Below, one piece after another: positions 28,236-38,600 of a stretch of DNA of 64,000 nt (its first letter is position 1; each line of letters opens with the position of its first letter). The notes beneath the pieces were generated by a model. It was not told the DNA's origin. It made no database searches and was given only the letters and a program-made list of their open reading frames with translations. The stretch covers positions 133,731 to 197,730 of IMG/VR virus record IMGVR_UViG_3300035137_000026; one strand, 5' to 3'. The DNA is from a virus. The position numbers and the translations under genes are program-made.

Positions 28236-29465
28236 TTATGGCTTGTAAAACTTGTCAAACTCTGCTTTTGGAAGTTCTTCGAAGTCAATAATTGGCCTTT
28301 GTGCTCGCCCCACCCCTAAAAATCTCTCAAAGTATAGCCCGTATTTGATGGGATCAACATTCGTGATACCCACACAATAGCAGACTAATGAGCCCGCACC
28401 CGACCCTCGGCCTGGGCCTACGGGAATTCCCTGTAATTTTGCCCAGTTGATAAAGTCTGCCACCACTAAGAAGTAGGTTGGGAATCCCATCTGGTCTATC
28501 ATATCAAGCTCATAGGCTAACCTTTCTTGGTATTCTGTTGTGCCATCGCCGAATAATTCTGCAAATCCTTCTTTAGCAAGCTCACTAAGAACCTCGCTTG
28601 CTGTTTTGCCGTCTGGTAGTTCGAATATCGGCCAGATGGTTTGATCATACTTCCAGGTACAATTGCATTTGTCAGCAATTTCTTGAGTAATATTGAGGGC
28701 GTGGTGCTCCTTCTCCTCAAACATTTCTTCCATCTCTTCTCTAGACTTGAAGTACAGCTGGTCCGTGTCAAACTCGAGGTCTCCTGCTGCCAGCTTACAG
28801 ATGGCATTATGTAGCTCCCAGTCAGCACTCTCCTGGTAGTGGGAGTCTTGGGTAGCTACTATGGGAACATCGAACATGCCTGAGATCTCAAACAGGGTCT
28901 CCTTAAGCTCATCCTCCCAGTCGTAGCCATGGTTCTGTACTTCAATGTAGAAGTCATCACCAAACATGTCGACCATCTCTCGAATGTGCATCTTGGCCTC
29001 GGTTATACGCCCGTCCAGAAGGAACTGGCTTAGCCTACCAGCTGGACATCCAGACAACACAACAATACCCTCCTTGTGTGCCTCAAGTACCTCACTGTCA
29101 ATTCTTGGCTTATAGTAGAAACCATCCATCCAGCCAATGGATGTCAGTCTGAATATGTTCCTAAGACCAGCCTCATTCTTGGCTAGCATGGTAAGATGGT
29201 AGGATGTCTTTCTGTGGTTGTCTAACTTATTCTTTGTAAACCTGGACTCGGGAGCTACATATGCTTCGAATCCGTATATTGGCTTGACCTCTGCCTTCTC
29301 ACACTCCTTCTTGAACTTAAGCATACCGCCACAGCGACCGTGGTCGGTGAGGGCTACGGCATTCATGCCTAGCTTGGCAGCTTTGGTGGCGATTTGCTTA
29401 CAGCTCTGGGCTCCATCTTGGGGTGAGTAATCACTGTGAGTATGTAGGTGTATGAAATTCTTCAT
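28236..29465 (-). CDS. dnaE: DnaE N-terminal PHP domain protein (separate ORF)
   Basis: HLHTHSDYS, ALTDHG, HLTMLAKN, YYKPRID, ATQDSHY, GRGSGAGSLV, FERFL; catalytic PDxDxD replaced by RPIIDFE. Confidence 0.92.
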   Translation of the reverse strand: MKNFIHLHTHSDYSPQDGAQSCKQIATKAAKLGMNAVALTDHGRCGGMLKFKKECEKAEVKPIYGFEAYVAPESRFTKNKLDNHRKTSYHLTMLAKNEAGLRNIFRLTSIGWMDGFYYKPRIDSEVLEAHKEGIVVLSGCPAGRLSQFLLDGRITEAKMHIREMVDMFGDDFYIEVQNHGYDWEDELKETLFEISGMFDVPIVATQDSHYQESADWELHNAICKLAAGDLEFDTDQLYFKSREEMEEMFEEKEHHALNITQEIADKCNCTWKYDQTIWPIFELPDGKTASEVLSELAKEGFAELFGDGTTEYQERLAYELDMIDQMGFPTYFLVVADFINWAKLQGIPVGPGRGSGAGSLVCYCVGITNVDPIKYGLYFERFLGVGRAQRPIIDFEELPKAEFDKFYKP

Positions 29466-29466
29466 C

Positions 29467-29673
29467 TTATCCTCTAGCTATGGAAACAACTTGTGCCACG
29501 TGCACAAATCCCATGCTACTGAGTATATCATAGAACTCGGTCTTTGCGAGCTGGAAGTCGTCTTCTGTTTTGTCTGTATAGACTATTAACTGAATGGAGA
29601 GATGGTAAGTGGAGTATATGAGCTTGCATACACACTAGAAGTGCTTAGTCGCTAGAGTCCTGATGAGGTTCAT
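29467..29673 (-). pseudogene. Small ORF interrupted by in-frame TAG
   Basis: MNLIRTLATKHF*CVCKLIYSTYHLSIQLIVYTDK...VSIARG; TAG at 29635-29637; fills the gap between flanking genes. Confidence 0.4.
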
Positions 29674-30289
29674 TCAGCATCGCCTCTAACACTATTTTGC
29701 TCCACCCTTCGAGGTTTATCAATTTAGATGCTTCCTGTACAGTGAACCATTGACAATCAGCAATAGTGTCTTCACGAGGCTGTGGGTATTCTGTCTCGGC
29801 TTCCGGAATGTCCACTATCAATACATACCCAAGATGAACTCTGCCCACAGGGTCTGAGTCGTCATAGATTATGCCAAACTCCTCGGTATTATTGATAGTC
29901 TGATTGTATGTGTCTCCCCACTCAAGCTCCTCAAGTAGCTCTCTGGTGACAGCTTTACTCAGAATCATGTTGATTCCAAGTGTTCGGTCATCATCCTGTG
30001 GGTTGATGTGTCCGCCAATGCCAATTGACCACTTGTTATGAAGTCGTACCTCGCCAGACTTCTTAGATCTTAGATAAGCGAGGATGGTATTTCCACGACG
30101 GATGACTACATATGGAATAATCTGCTTCTGGTCTTCATTTGTCTCAGCAGCTGCTCTTTCAGTGAAGTAGGCATGGTCTGCACAGCCATACTTCATATGA
30201 TGAATGTCCTTGTCGTTGGTGGAAAATCTTGGTAGGCCGCTAAAGCCATCCATGTATTTGGCGTCAAATACCCAAATGCTCTCTGTCAT
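29645..30289 (-). CDS. NUDIX-family phosphoesterase-like protein
   Basis: QIIPYVVI...RLHNKWSIGIGGHIN...RELLEEL...VGRVHLG. Confidence 0.8.
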   Translation of the reverse strand: MTESIWVFDAKYMDGFSGLPRFSTNDKDIHHMKYGCADHAYFTERAAAETNEDQKQIIPYVVIRRGNTILAYLRSKKSGEVRLHNKWSIGIGGHINPQDDDRTLGINMILSKAVTRELLEELEWGDTYNQTINNTEEFGIIYDDSDPVGRVHLGYVLIVDIPEAETEYPQPREDTIADCQWFTVQEASKLINLEGWSKIVLEAMLNEPHQDSSD

Positions 30290-30486
30290 TTGTTGCTCCT
30301 ATAAACCTTCTCGAATGGCTCTTGGTGAGGACACACGATCAGTACTCTGGTCTCCCTGCTGGTTGACTTAAGCTTCTGGACCTTACAGTCAGGATACTTG
30401 CTTGTTACATGCTGCATGGCGGGATTACTACAACTGCCGATGATGAATATGATAAGTCCGACGAGGATGGAAAATGCTGTCTTCAT
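30286..30486 (-). CDS. Small putative lipoprotein
   Basis: Hydrophobic signal ending IIGSC (lipobox-like). Confidence 0.45.
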   Translation of the reverse strand: MKTAFSILVGLIIFIIGSCSNPAMQHVTSKYPDCKVQKLKSTSRETRVLIVCPHQEPFEKVYRSNK

Positions 30487-30496
30487 TATACGGTTC

Positions 30497-30694
30497 CTAA
30501 GGAAAAGAGTTACTGTTGTCCTTTATACCATTGGCAGACTTGCGGTGCAACCGGTCTCTGAATCTGTACCATAGGCTAACTAGCTTGACAACCAGGGCAA
30601 TGCCGCATGCAACGGCAATTAGAAATGCCCACTTGATGACACAACATATTGCAATACAGACGCACGTTAGCAGAAATAGATGCCACAATCTCAT
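30497..30694 (-). CDS. Small membrane protein
   Basis: Start at MRLWHL (ATGA overlap with upstream stop); hydrophobic segments. Confidence 0.45.
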   Translation of the reverse strand: MRLWHLFLLTCVCIAICCVIKWAFLIAVACGIALVVKLVSLWYRFRDRLHRKSANGIKDNSNSFP

Positions 30695-31107
30695 TTTAAT
30701 ACCTCTAGTACCCCAACTACTTGGTCCAAACTGCAGCAAATATAGTCAAACATCTTAACCATCAACTCAGGCTCGCCATTCTCCAGCAAGAGAATAGTCT
30801 TCTTGCCTTGTCCAACGGCCCAACCCATCTCCATGCCAAATGGTTGTACTCCTACAAATACATCAGCCCACTGCATAGCTTCCATATCAGATAAGAAGCC
30901 CTGCTCTGCTAATGGATGATGAAGGTAGTCCCTGTATTCTTGGGGAGTCCAGTCCTGCCAGTCTGGATCTATGTCGTACCAGTGAAAGCCATCCTGGCCT
31001 TCGGCTGGGTGCCTAAAGTCATAGACCTCGTGACCAGCCGCAGTAAGCCTTCGAACCACCTCTGGTTGGAACTTATTCCTCCAGCTACTAGCTACATATA
31101 TCTTCAT
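30691..31107 (-). CDS. Nucleoside 2-deoxyribosyltransferase-like protein
   Basis: KIYVASSWRN...GHEVYDF...DMEAMQWAD...MEMGWAVG. Confidence 0.7.
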   Translation of the reverse strand: MKIYVASSWRNKFQPEVVRRLTAAGHEVYDFRHPAEGQDGFHWYDIDPDWQDWTPQEYRDYLHHPLAEQGFLSDMEAMQWADVFVGVQPFGMEMGWAVGQGKKTILLLENGEPELMVKMFDYICCSLDQVVGVLEVLK

Positions 31108-31108
31108 A

Positions 31109-31375
31109 CTAATACTCCGTAGACCCTAGCAGCCCTCTACCAAACACCTCTGTCCACTCCTTGGCTGTTTTCTCCGTAGGTGTTTTGCCATTGGTCTCTG
31201 GGTCTGTTTCGTCAAAGAGCTTTAATGTCTGCTCGTCGGCCAGCTCCTGCCACTCTATTTCATCCTCATAGTCCTCTCTCTTCTCTCCTATCTGCTCGTA
31301 CCAAACGGTCAAGGCGTCTTCCTTGTCGTTGGCGATTACCCATTCCTGTTCGTTGAAAAATACGTGTAAGCTCAT
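31109..31375 (-). CDS. Hypothetical acidic protein
   Basis: 88-aa ORF in packed operon. Confidence 0.5.
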   Translation of the reverse strand: MSLHVFFNEQEWVIANDKEDALTVWYEQIGEKREDYEDEIEWQELADEQTLKLFDETDPETNGKTPTEKTAKEWTEVFGRGLLGSTEY

Positions 31376-32013
31376 TTGATCTTGTCCTTGTATGTATCAC
31401 GGAAATACTGCATATATTTCCATACTTTAAGCTTCATAGCCCTCTGTTCATCTGGCCATCTGGCCTTATGTAAGATAGCAGCAGGATGTGTCATTGTAAA
31501 CATCGGGATACCATCACGGTCCTGCCACTTGCCCTCCCAGGCTCCCACACGTGCAGATGCGTTGGCGGTTAGCTGGGCAAGGGCTGTTCTGCCACAAGCA
31601 ATTAGTACCTTGGGCTTCAGGATGGTGATAGCCTTCTCTACGAATGGCCAGCACCTAACAATCTGCGTCTGCTTGGGGGTGTAGTTCTGTTTGCTCTCGT
31701 GTTTGGCTGCTGTGGGACGACAGAAAACACTGTTCATAATGATCATGTCTTCCTTAGTGTCTATGCCGATAGCTCCCATTATCTTATCCAGCAACTCACC
31801 AGCCGGCCCAACAAATGGCAACATCTTCTGCTGCTCTACCTTACCTGGGGCCTCTCCAATCATGAGGATTGGAGCCTTGGGATTGCCCCGGTATACAATA
31901 GGAGCGCATCCATGCTCAGACAGTGTACAGCGTGTACATCCGAACTTGAATGCGGCATCAAAGTTACCCCAAACTACAGTCTCCATCGCCTGTTTGTAAA
32001 AGTTGTCTTTCAT
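31372..32013 (-). CDS. Uracil-DNA glycosylase family 4 (Fe-S)
   Basis: CTRC, IGEAPG, PFVGPAG, NSVFCRP, C, THPAAILH. Confidence 0.9.
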   Translation of the reverse strand: MKDNFYKQAMETVVWGNFDAAFKFGCTRCTLSEHGCAPIVYRGNPKAPILMIGEAPGKVEQQKMLPFVGPAGELLDKIMGAIGIDTKEDMIIMNSVFCRPTAAKHESKQNYTPKQTQIVRCWPFVEKAITILKPKVLIACGRTALAQLTANASARVGAWEGKWQDRDGIPMFTMTHPAAILHKARWPDEQRAMKLKVWKYMQYFRDTYKDKIK

Positions 32014-32735
32014 CTGAACAGTGTCTTCCTAACATTTTCCTTGCCACTGCCGTGTGGGAAGAAACAGATCACCTTATTCTTGTCACGAAGCTTCTCGTCG
32101 TGCATACAAACCTTGCACTTGTCGCACTTGATGCCGTGAGTCTCCTGGATACAGGGCACCATATTAAGGCCTTGGAAGGTGAATGGTCTCTTAAATGGTT
32201 TAGACCAGACCATACACACAGCATAACCACGTTCCATGGCATACTTGGCATCTTCTACTATCTCGCAGCTGGCGAGCACAGACACTTTGCCCCAACTCTC
32301 ACGAGGAACTTCCCTCCAGGCATGGGTATAAGTCCAAGCCTTCTGGTTGTGCTCATTCATGTAGTCCTCAGCCGCAGAGGCTACAATTTTGGTAGCTCTA
32401 GACGTGCGGCAATCGCCAACCACATGTAGTCTTAGTGGAGCGCTACCCTTCATATTGCGGATAGCTTTGGCTTCTTCTCTGGCAATGTCAATAGGTCTGG
32501 TTTTGCCGGTTTGCTTAGCCACCTTATTCATCCTACGAAGGTGAAAACCAGAGTGTCCGTGCTGGGCATAACAACCACAGTCTAGAAATGGGCATGTCTT
32601 GGGACACGATTGGATTGGTGCATATGTACACGACACCGGCCCTGTCTTAGAGTTCTGACTCTTGTCTACTGCGATTACTGACTTGATTACTTTTATTGTC
32701 ATTTTCTTACCTCTTAGTGTGGATACAGAGCACAT
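32010..32735 (-). CDS. Cys-rich Fe-S/radical-SAM-like phage protein (Gp88-like)
   Basis: NSKTG...SCPKTCPF...CYA; LRLHVVGD; WTYTH; CxxCxxC near C-terminus. Confidence 0.55.
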   Translation of the reverse strand: MCSVSTLRGKKMTIKVIKSVIAVDKSQNSKTGPVSCTYAPIQSCPKTCPFLDCGCYAQHGHSGFHLRRMNKVAKQTGKTRPIDIAREEAKAIRNMKGSAPLRLHVVGDCRTSRATKIVASAAEDYMNEHNQKAWTYTHAWREVPRESWGKVSVLASCEIVEDAKYAMERGYAVCMVWSKPFKRPFTFQGLNMVPCIQETHGIKCDKCKVCMHDEKLRDKNKVICFFPHGSGKENVRKTLFR

Positions 32736-32968
32736 ACTACCTTGGCTCCGTTTACTCCTATAGCCAGACTACCAGAGTCCTGAATGGCTTTGATGTATGG
32801 ACGATTTAGCTCGGGGTGCTCAAACAAAATTGCTTCCCAAACATCATCCACATAATAAACCGGCTGTTCCTTATCGAATCTATCTTCTTCTAGGAACAAG
32901 ACCACCGTCTCGTTTGGGTCTAGCTCCTGAAGTCGCTCTATTAGTTCGTGTACTTTTATTGCTCTCAC
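32714..32968 (-). CDS. Hypothetical protein
   Basis: [19 protein letters not shown] small phage protein. Confidence 0.5.
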   Translation of the reverse strand: MRAIKVHELIERLQELDPNETVVLFLEEDRFDKEQPVYYVDDVWEAILFEHPELNRPYIKAIQDSGSLAIGVNGAKVVCALYPH

Positions 32969-33149
32969 CGTGCAGCGATTCCTTCAACTTGCCAACAGTG
33001 TCTAACATCTTGTTCGCAAGATAGTCGTTGTCGTACATTGTGTATCGGGGGATTTTGCAGATCAGAAGCTCTAGCTCTCTAATGTATCGGCTTGTGCTGA
33101 TTCTTCGTTGCTCGAGCTTGGCTGCTCGCTTGTCTCCTCTTCGGGACAC
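32880..33149 (-). CDS. Hypothetical protein
   Basis: 89-aa ORF overlapping the recA 3' end and the next gene. Confidence 0.35.
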   Translation of the reverse strand: MSRRGDKRAAKLEQRRISTSRYIRELELLICKIPRYTMYDNDYLANKMLDTVGKLKESLHGESNKSTRTNRATSGARPKRDGGLVPRRR

Positions 33150-34138
33150 CCTAAACCTCTCAAATCTAGAACTTCATTCTTGATTGCGTTTCTGAGGTCG
33201 TCGTTTTCCTTCAGATAAGAGATGGCATTTTCTCTGCCCTGGCCAATCCTATCATCCTTATAGCTGTACCAGGCACCAGCCTTTCTGACGACATCGTCCT
33301 CAACGGCTAAGTCAAGGATCTCTGCTATCTGGTCTATGCCTATGCCGTAACGGATGTCGAACTCAGCTTCTCTAAATGGCGGAGCCAGCTTGTTCTTGAC
33401 GACCTTGACCTTTGTGCGGTTACCAATTATCTTGTCACCCCGTTTGATGGCACCGATTCTACGGATGTCTAGCCTTTGACTAGCATAGAATTTCAGAGCA
33501 CCACCACCAGTAGTGGTCTCAGGACTACCAAACATTACACCAATCTTCATTCTGATCTGGTTCACGAAGATGATGATACAGCCTGTCTGATTCACTGTGC
33601 CTGCCAGCTTTCTCATTGCCTGGCTCATCATTCTAGCCTGCAGCCCTACGTGAGAGTCACCCATCTCACCCTCCAGCTCCTTCTGTGGCACTAGTGCAGC
33701 AACAGAGTCGATTACGATTAGGCCAACCTCACCGCTCTTGGCTAGCATGTCGGCTAGCTCGAGGGCCTGCTCACCGTAGTCTGGCTGGGACACAAGTAGT
33801 TTGTCTAGGTCTACGCCTAAATGCTTAGCATAGGTTGGATCTAGTGAATGCTCGGCATCAATAAATGCACAGATCTTGTCCTGCATCTGAGCGCTGGCCA
33901 CAGCGTGGAGGCATAATGTGGTCTTCCCGCTGGATTCGGGGCCATAGATCTCTACAATGCGGCCCTTGCGGTAGCCACCAATACCTAGCGCTGAATCTAC
34001 ATTAATTGAGCCTGACGGCACAATGTTGTTTGGGTCCACAACTGGCTCATCAGTGAGCTTCATTAGAATACCCTTACCAAATTTCTTTTCTACGGACCCT
34101 TTCACGAGGTCGAGCGCTTTCTCCATGTTTGGACTCAT
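33071..34138 (-). CDS. recA: RecA recombinase
   Basis: [50 protein letters not shown]-like, [14 protein letters not shown]. Confidence 0.98.
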   Translation of the reverse strand: MSPNMEKALDLVKGSVEKKFGKGILMKLTDEPVVDPNNIVPSGSINVDSALGIGGYRKGRIVEIYGPESSGKTTLCLHAVASAQMQDKICAFIDAEHSLDPTYAKHLGVDLDKLLVSQPDYGEQALELADMLAKSGEVGLIVIDSVAALVPQKELEGEMGDSHVGLQARMMSQAMRKLAGTVNQTGCIIIFVNQIRMKIGVMFGSPETTTGGGALKFYASQRLDIRRIGAIKRGDKIIGNRTKVKVVKNKLAPPFREAEFDIRYGIGIDQIAEILDLAVEDDVVRKAGAWYSYKDDRIGQGRENAISYLKENDDLRNAIKNEVLDLRGLGCPEEETSEQPSSSNEESAQADTLES

Positions 34139-34164
34139 GTTTTACCTCTAACTGTGTGAAATGT

Positions 34165-35007
34165 TTACTGATTCAGGTGCTTTTCAATAATACGTTCAAT
34201 ATAATTAAAACTATCTATGGCATCCTGCATAGTTTCTGCTCGTGTGGCAAAGACGTTATCACAAAGCTCTTTTGCTTTCTCTAGCTGTTCCTGCTGTTCC
34301 GCTTCTGTGCGTTCCCTCTCACGCTTTACTACCTCGAGGACAGTATAGAGGTCTTTGACGACCTTAGGAATCCTTTTGGCCTTCTTGGGCTTGGCAAGGT
34401 TGGGGTTGGATGGGGGCATGTGTGGTAGAGCCATTTGCTCTCTCTTCTTTTTATCTTTCTTCATGGTTTCGCCTGCAGAAGATTTTAGTTTGGCTGCAAC
34501 TATCTCCTCAATTCTACGCTTACACCCTTTACGGAAACCATCTATGTCCTCAACACCCCACAAGGCAATAAGTTCTTCCAGGGATATATCTTTGATGGTC
34601 TGGTTGTCCGTAACGGCGTAGTCTGTGAATTTCCAGCTAGTTTTGTATGAGCATTGAGGGCAGATTGAGTTAGAACCGGCGGCGAGTGACATAATAGACT
34701 GCCAAATGTGTTCGCACTTGGGGCAAGTAATGTCGACCTGATAGTCGTCCATAGGAATGCGATGTTCTTTGTTGAATAGGAATGCGCTGGCTGATTTTTC
34801 GTATTCCAGCTCTTCCTCTTTCAGCTCCTTGCCTTGTTCTCTCATGACTCGATAGAGAGCCACGTCGTCGATTGCACGAGTAATAACCTTCATCCACAAG
34901 TCTGTGGTGAAGCTTTTGCTCAGGACGTCGGTTCTACTACTTAGCTGAATGAGCCGGTCTTCTTCGTCAACTTTTTCGTATGATGGTCTAGTCAGTAAGG
35001 ATTTCAT
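34165..35007 (-). CDS. Hypothetical protein with Zn ribbon
   Basis: CPKC...CPQC within a 280-aa ORF. Confidence 0.55.
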   Translation of the reverse strand: MKSLLTRPSYEKVDEEDRLIQLSSRTDVLSKSFTTDLWMKVITRAIDDVALYRVMREQGKELKEEELEYEKSASAFLFNKEHRIPMDDYQVDITCPKCEHIWQSIMSLAAGSNSICPQCSYKTSWKFTDYAVTDNQTIKDISLEELIALWGVEDIDGFRKGCKRRIEEIVAAKLKSSAGETMKKDKKKREQMALPHMPPSNPNLAKPKKAKRIPKVVKDLYTVLEVVKRERERTEAEQQEQLEKAKELCDNVFATRAETMQDAIDSFNYIERIIEKHLNQ

Positions 35008-35626
35008 GTACGTCTTGAAAAGCTACGCTGGTGTTAGCTATGGCCTCTTTATCACTCAGGACCTCTTCTGCGTCAAGCACCAAATTGTCTGCGTGTGTTC
35101 GGGTCCAGACCATATTATAGTACAGCCAGCTTCTCAAGGCGTCAACAACAAATTTGCGAAATATATACATATCTAGGCCATCTTCGGCGGCTACATACAT
35201 CGACATGAGGTATCCCTTCATCTCGAGGTAGGCTCTGCCATTGGATGGCCAGGGTAGAAGGAACAAGACTCCAAGGATGCCAGTGATGATTACGAATATC
35301 TTAAGGCCGAATCCGCATGCTAGGATCATGAAGAAAAACAAGAAGACTGATAGCACCTGCGGGCATAAGTACATCCACAGGAAGTTGAATGTGCCAAGCT
35401 CATTCCAGTCTACCAGGTGCTGATACTCATGGGAGAGCATCTCAAAGCTGCTGGTCTGTCTGCTTGGCATCCAGATTGTATTGGGAGACGTGGTTGTGCC
35501 AGACGCTTGTAGCTTCTGTGGCATTCGCCGCCAAAACCAGTTCTCATCCTTATACTTTATCTCTGATTTAGGGTATCTTGCTTTAATCTTATCAGCTAGT
35601 TCGTGGTACCGCTGTAAATGCGTCAT
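34988..35626 (-). CDS. Membrane protein with HExxH (zincin-like) motif
   Basis: LSHEYQH, two TM segments, downstream YLEMKGY. Confidence 0.55.
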   Translation of the reverse strand: MTHLQRYHELADKIKARYPKSEIKYKDENWFWRRMPQKLQASGTTTSPNTIWMPSRQTSSFEMLSHEYQHLVDWNELGTFNFLWMYLCPQVLSVFLFFFMILACGFGLKIFVIITGILGVLFLLPWPSNGRAYLEMKGYLMSMYVAAEDGLDMYIFRKFVVDALRSWLYYNMVWTRTHADNLVLDAEEVLSDKEAIANTSVAFQDVHEILTD

Positions 35627-35663
35627 GTTGCCACCTCATACATAACCATATTACTATTTGACT

Positions 35664-38600
35664 CTAGCTACAACCAGTGCTTTCGCCACATTGCGGACAG
35701 ACATAACATGCGCCAGCTCTGCCAGTAATTGTCTGGCATCTTGGGCATGGAGGGCCATCAAATGATATGTTAGCTTTGACTATGTTGCTGTTTGGCATCT
35801 GCATTTCATTAATGAATGTTTCGTCGTCATCTTCATCCATGAAGTTAAGCTTTAACCACCTGAATATGTAGTCCATTACTGACTGGGCAAAGCGTACGTC
35901 CTCATTCTGTGTGACGCCAGCTGGTTCAAACTTAGAGCCAACAAACTTGTCCACGAATGTCTCGAGCGGCACGCCATATTGAAGCCCGAGAGATACAGCT
36001 GTGGCCATACCATCCATAAGCCCCTGAACAGTTGTTCCCTGCTTCTGGGTGCGAATGAAGATCTCTCCAAGATCACCCTCTTCGTAGGTACTACAGGTAA
36101 GATAGCCCTTCAGCCCAGCCACATTGAACTTATGGGTTAGAGACTGCCTGGTCTCTGGCAGCTTTTTCCTGTAGGCTGTCCATCTCTCGTCGTTGGGTTC
36201 GGTTACCTCTTCAATCTCGTCCTTCTTGGCAGTCAATGGTTGCATAGCCTTGCAACCATCCCTGTAGATGGCAATTGACTTAAGGCCCTTCTCCCAAGCA
36301 TAGAGGTAAGCCTCTATCACATTGTCCACAGTAGCATTAGCTGGCATATTGACCGTCTTGCTGATTGCGCCATTCAGGAATTTCTGACAGTCAGCCATCA
36401 TCTTGATGTGGTCAAATGGTGTTATCTCATTGGCTGTCTTGAGGACATCCGGGTTGTCGAATACACGTCCAACCTCTACGCAGCTAGGCTCTATCTCTAT
36501 AGTCCCTCCACCAGTCAACTGCTTGTAGGCCTTGAGGGCATACAGTGGCTCAATGCCGGTGCTATCACAGTCCATTAGGAAACTAATGGTTCCCGTAGGT
36601 GCCAAACATGTCAGCTGAGAGTTCCTGATGCCATGCTCCTTAGCAGTCGCTACAAGCTCATCATTTCTGGTTAGCCTCTCAACCAGCTCTAGGTTTCTCT
36701 CTATATTATCGGCATAGGCAATGTATGATCCCATTCTCTGAGCTAACTTTATACTCATGTTGTAGGCTGCTGCTGTCATTGTCATGGTAATCATAGCAGC
36801 TTCTTCTCGGGCGGCTTGGCTGTCGTATGGGATGCCCAGTCTCATAAGATAGGCACCAAGGTTGGTAAATCCTAGTCCTAGAGGTCTGGTATGGGTAGCA
36901 ACGTGTCTGCTCTGCTCAGTAGGATAGTCTGCGGGCTCAATCATAATATCCTGGGCCGTTACTATGATGGCAATGTCCTCTTTAAGCTGCTTGGTATTGA
37001 ACCGTCCGTCACCTGTAAGGTACTTTACTAGGTTCATAGAAGCCAGATTACAAGCAGAGCCATTGATTGCCACATGTTCAGCACATGGGTTTGAGCACTC
37101 GATGTCTCCTAGAGAAGGCACGGGATTATCCTTATTGATTCTGTCACAAAACTGGATACCTGGGTCTCCGGTAGCCCAAGCAACTCGAGCAATCCTTTCG
37201 AATAGCTCTCTTGCTCTGACTGTTCTGGCTACTTTACCGTCTCCACGGTTGACTAGCGCCCAATCTTGGTCCTTTGTCACAGCCATCATGAACTCATCTG
37301 TCACCATGATGGAGTGATTGGCATTCTGGAAGGCTACCGTAGCATAGGCCTCCTCATGTGGAATACCGTTCTCGATGAGCGTCTGAGCCTTCTTCTCCTC
37401 AAGAAGCTTGCAGTCGATGAACTCTTCAATATCAGGGTGGTCAACATCCATAATGACCATCTTGGCTGACCTACGTGTCTTTCCACCACTACGTATGGAG
37501 CCCGCTACCTGGTCCCAGATCTTCATGAAGCTTAGGGGGCCTGAGGCTACGCCTCTGTTACTTAGAGGCTCTCCCTGGGCTCTGAGGTGGCTCACATTGA
37601 CACCTGCACCTGAGCCACTCTTGAAGGTCATACCTTCTCTGACTCCGTGTTGTAGAATGTCTTCCATGTTGTCATCGATACCATAGATAAAACAATTGTG
37701 AACTCTTATTCCATTAGTGTAATAATCCCCAGTATCTGTTTGGATGTCATAAACTTGGTGTTCTCCTAGAGATTCTATTTTTTTAATTGTAAGTCTGCGA
37801 TATTTTTCTATTCTCTGTCCCTTGTCTCTATTTTGTCCTAAAGATTGGATTAGTTTGTCTTGCTTGTCCTGACCAATGAACCCAATTAACTCTTGGAATT
37901 TCTTACACTCAGAATGAATATGAATAGATAGACAATGCATCGGCTTGTGGTGTTGCCTTTTGTCCTCTTTAATTCCTCGTCTTGAGAAGATACCTAGCCT
38001 TTGTAATAATAGCTGAATTCCTTCAATAACTTTTGGTGAGATAGTTGAAATGCCGACTTCGGTTGACCCAGAACTATTTGTTGTACAGTATCCATCAGCC
38101 TGAAACCATGCCCGAAGATAAGCGATAACTGGTCCTAGATGTGGTGTTGTAAACAAAAACTCTGGGATTTCCATACTTTCTTGTTTTTTTAAAAGCCCCC
38201 AGTTCTCTACGAACGTTCGTGCATTTTCACCGTAGCTTCTTAACCGTTGGTACTCGAAGCCTTTGTTGGTTGTGCAGCTACGGATTTTGTAATATGTATC
38301 CGGAAAAACTCTAACAAAAGCTTTTTCCAGAGCCTCTAGTTCATCAGAGTTTATAGATATGCCTTCTAGTATTAGCAGGGTGTTCTCGTATTGCCTAACA
38401 AATCCGTCGCTTTGTAGCCAGCCTGCTAAATATGCTTCCTGGCAAATGGAAGTATCGTAATTATGTCCCGAATTAATACTTGGTGCATTGCTCCAGAGTA
38501 GCATGTCTCCTGTTTGTAGTTGCCTGGCTTCAACAAAACATCGTTCTTGCTTCGATGGTTCAAATTCTTTCTTCCATCCATTAGCTTTATATACACGATG

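Noticed and set aside
27270-28310. Group I intron joining the PHP ORF to the polymerase core
   Set aside because: The interval is fully occupied by coding sequence (PHP tail, endonuclease, core N-terminus); no room for, or sign of, a ribozyme core
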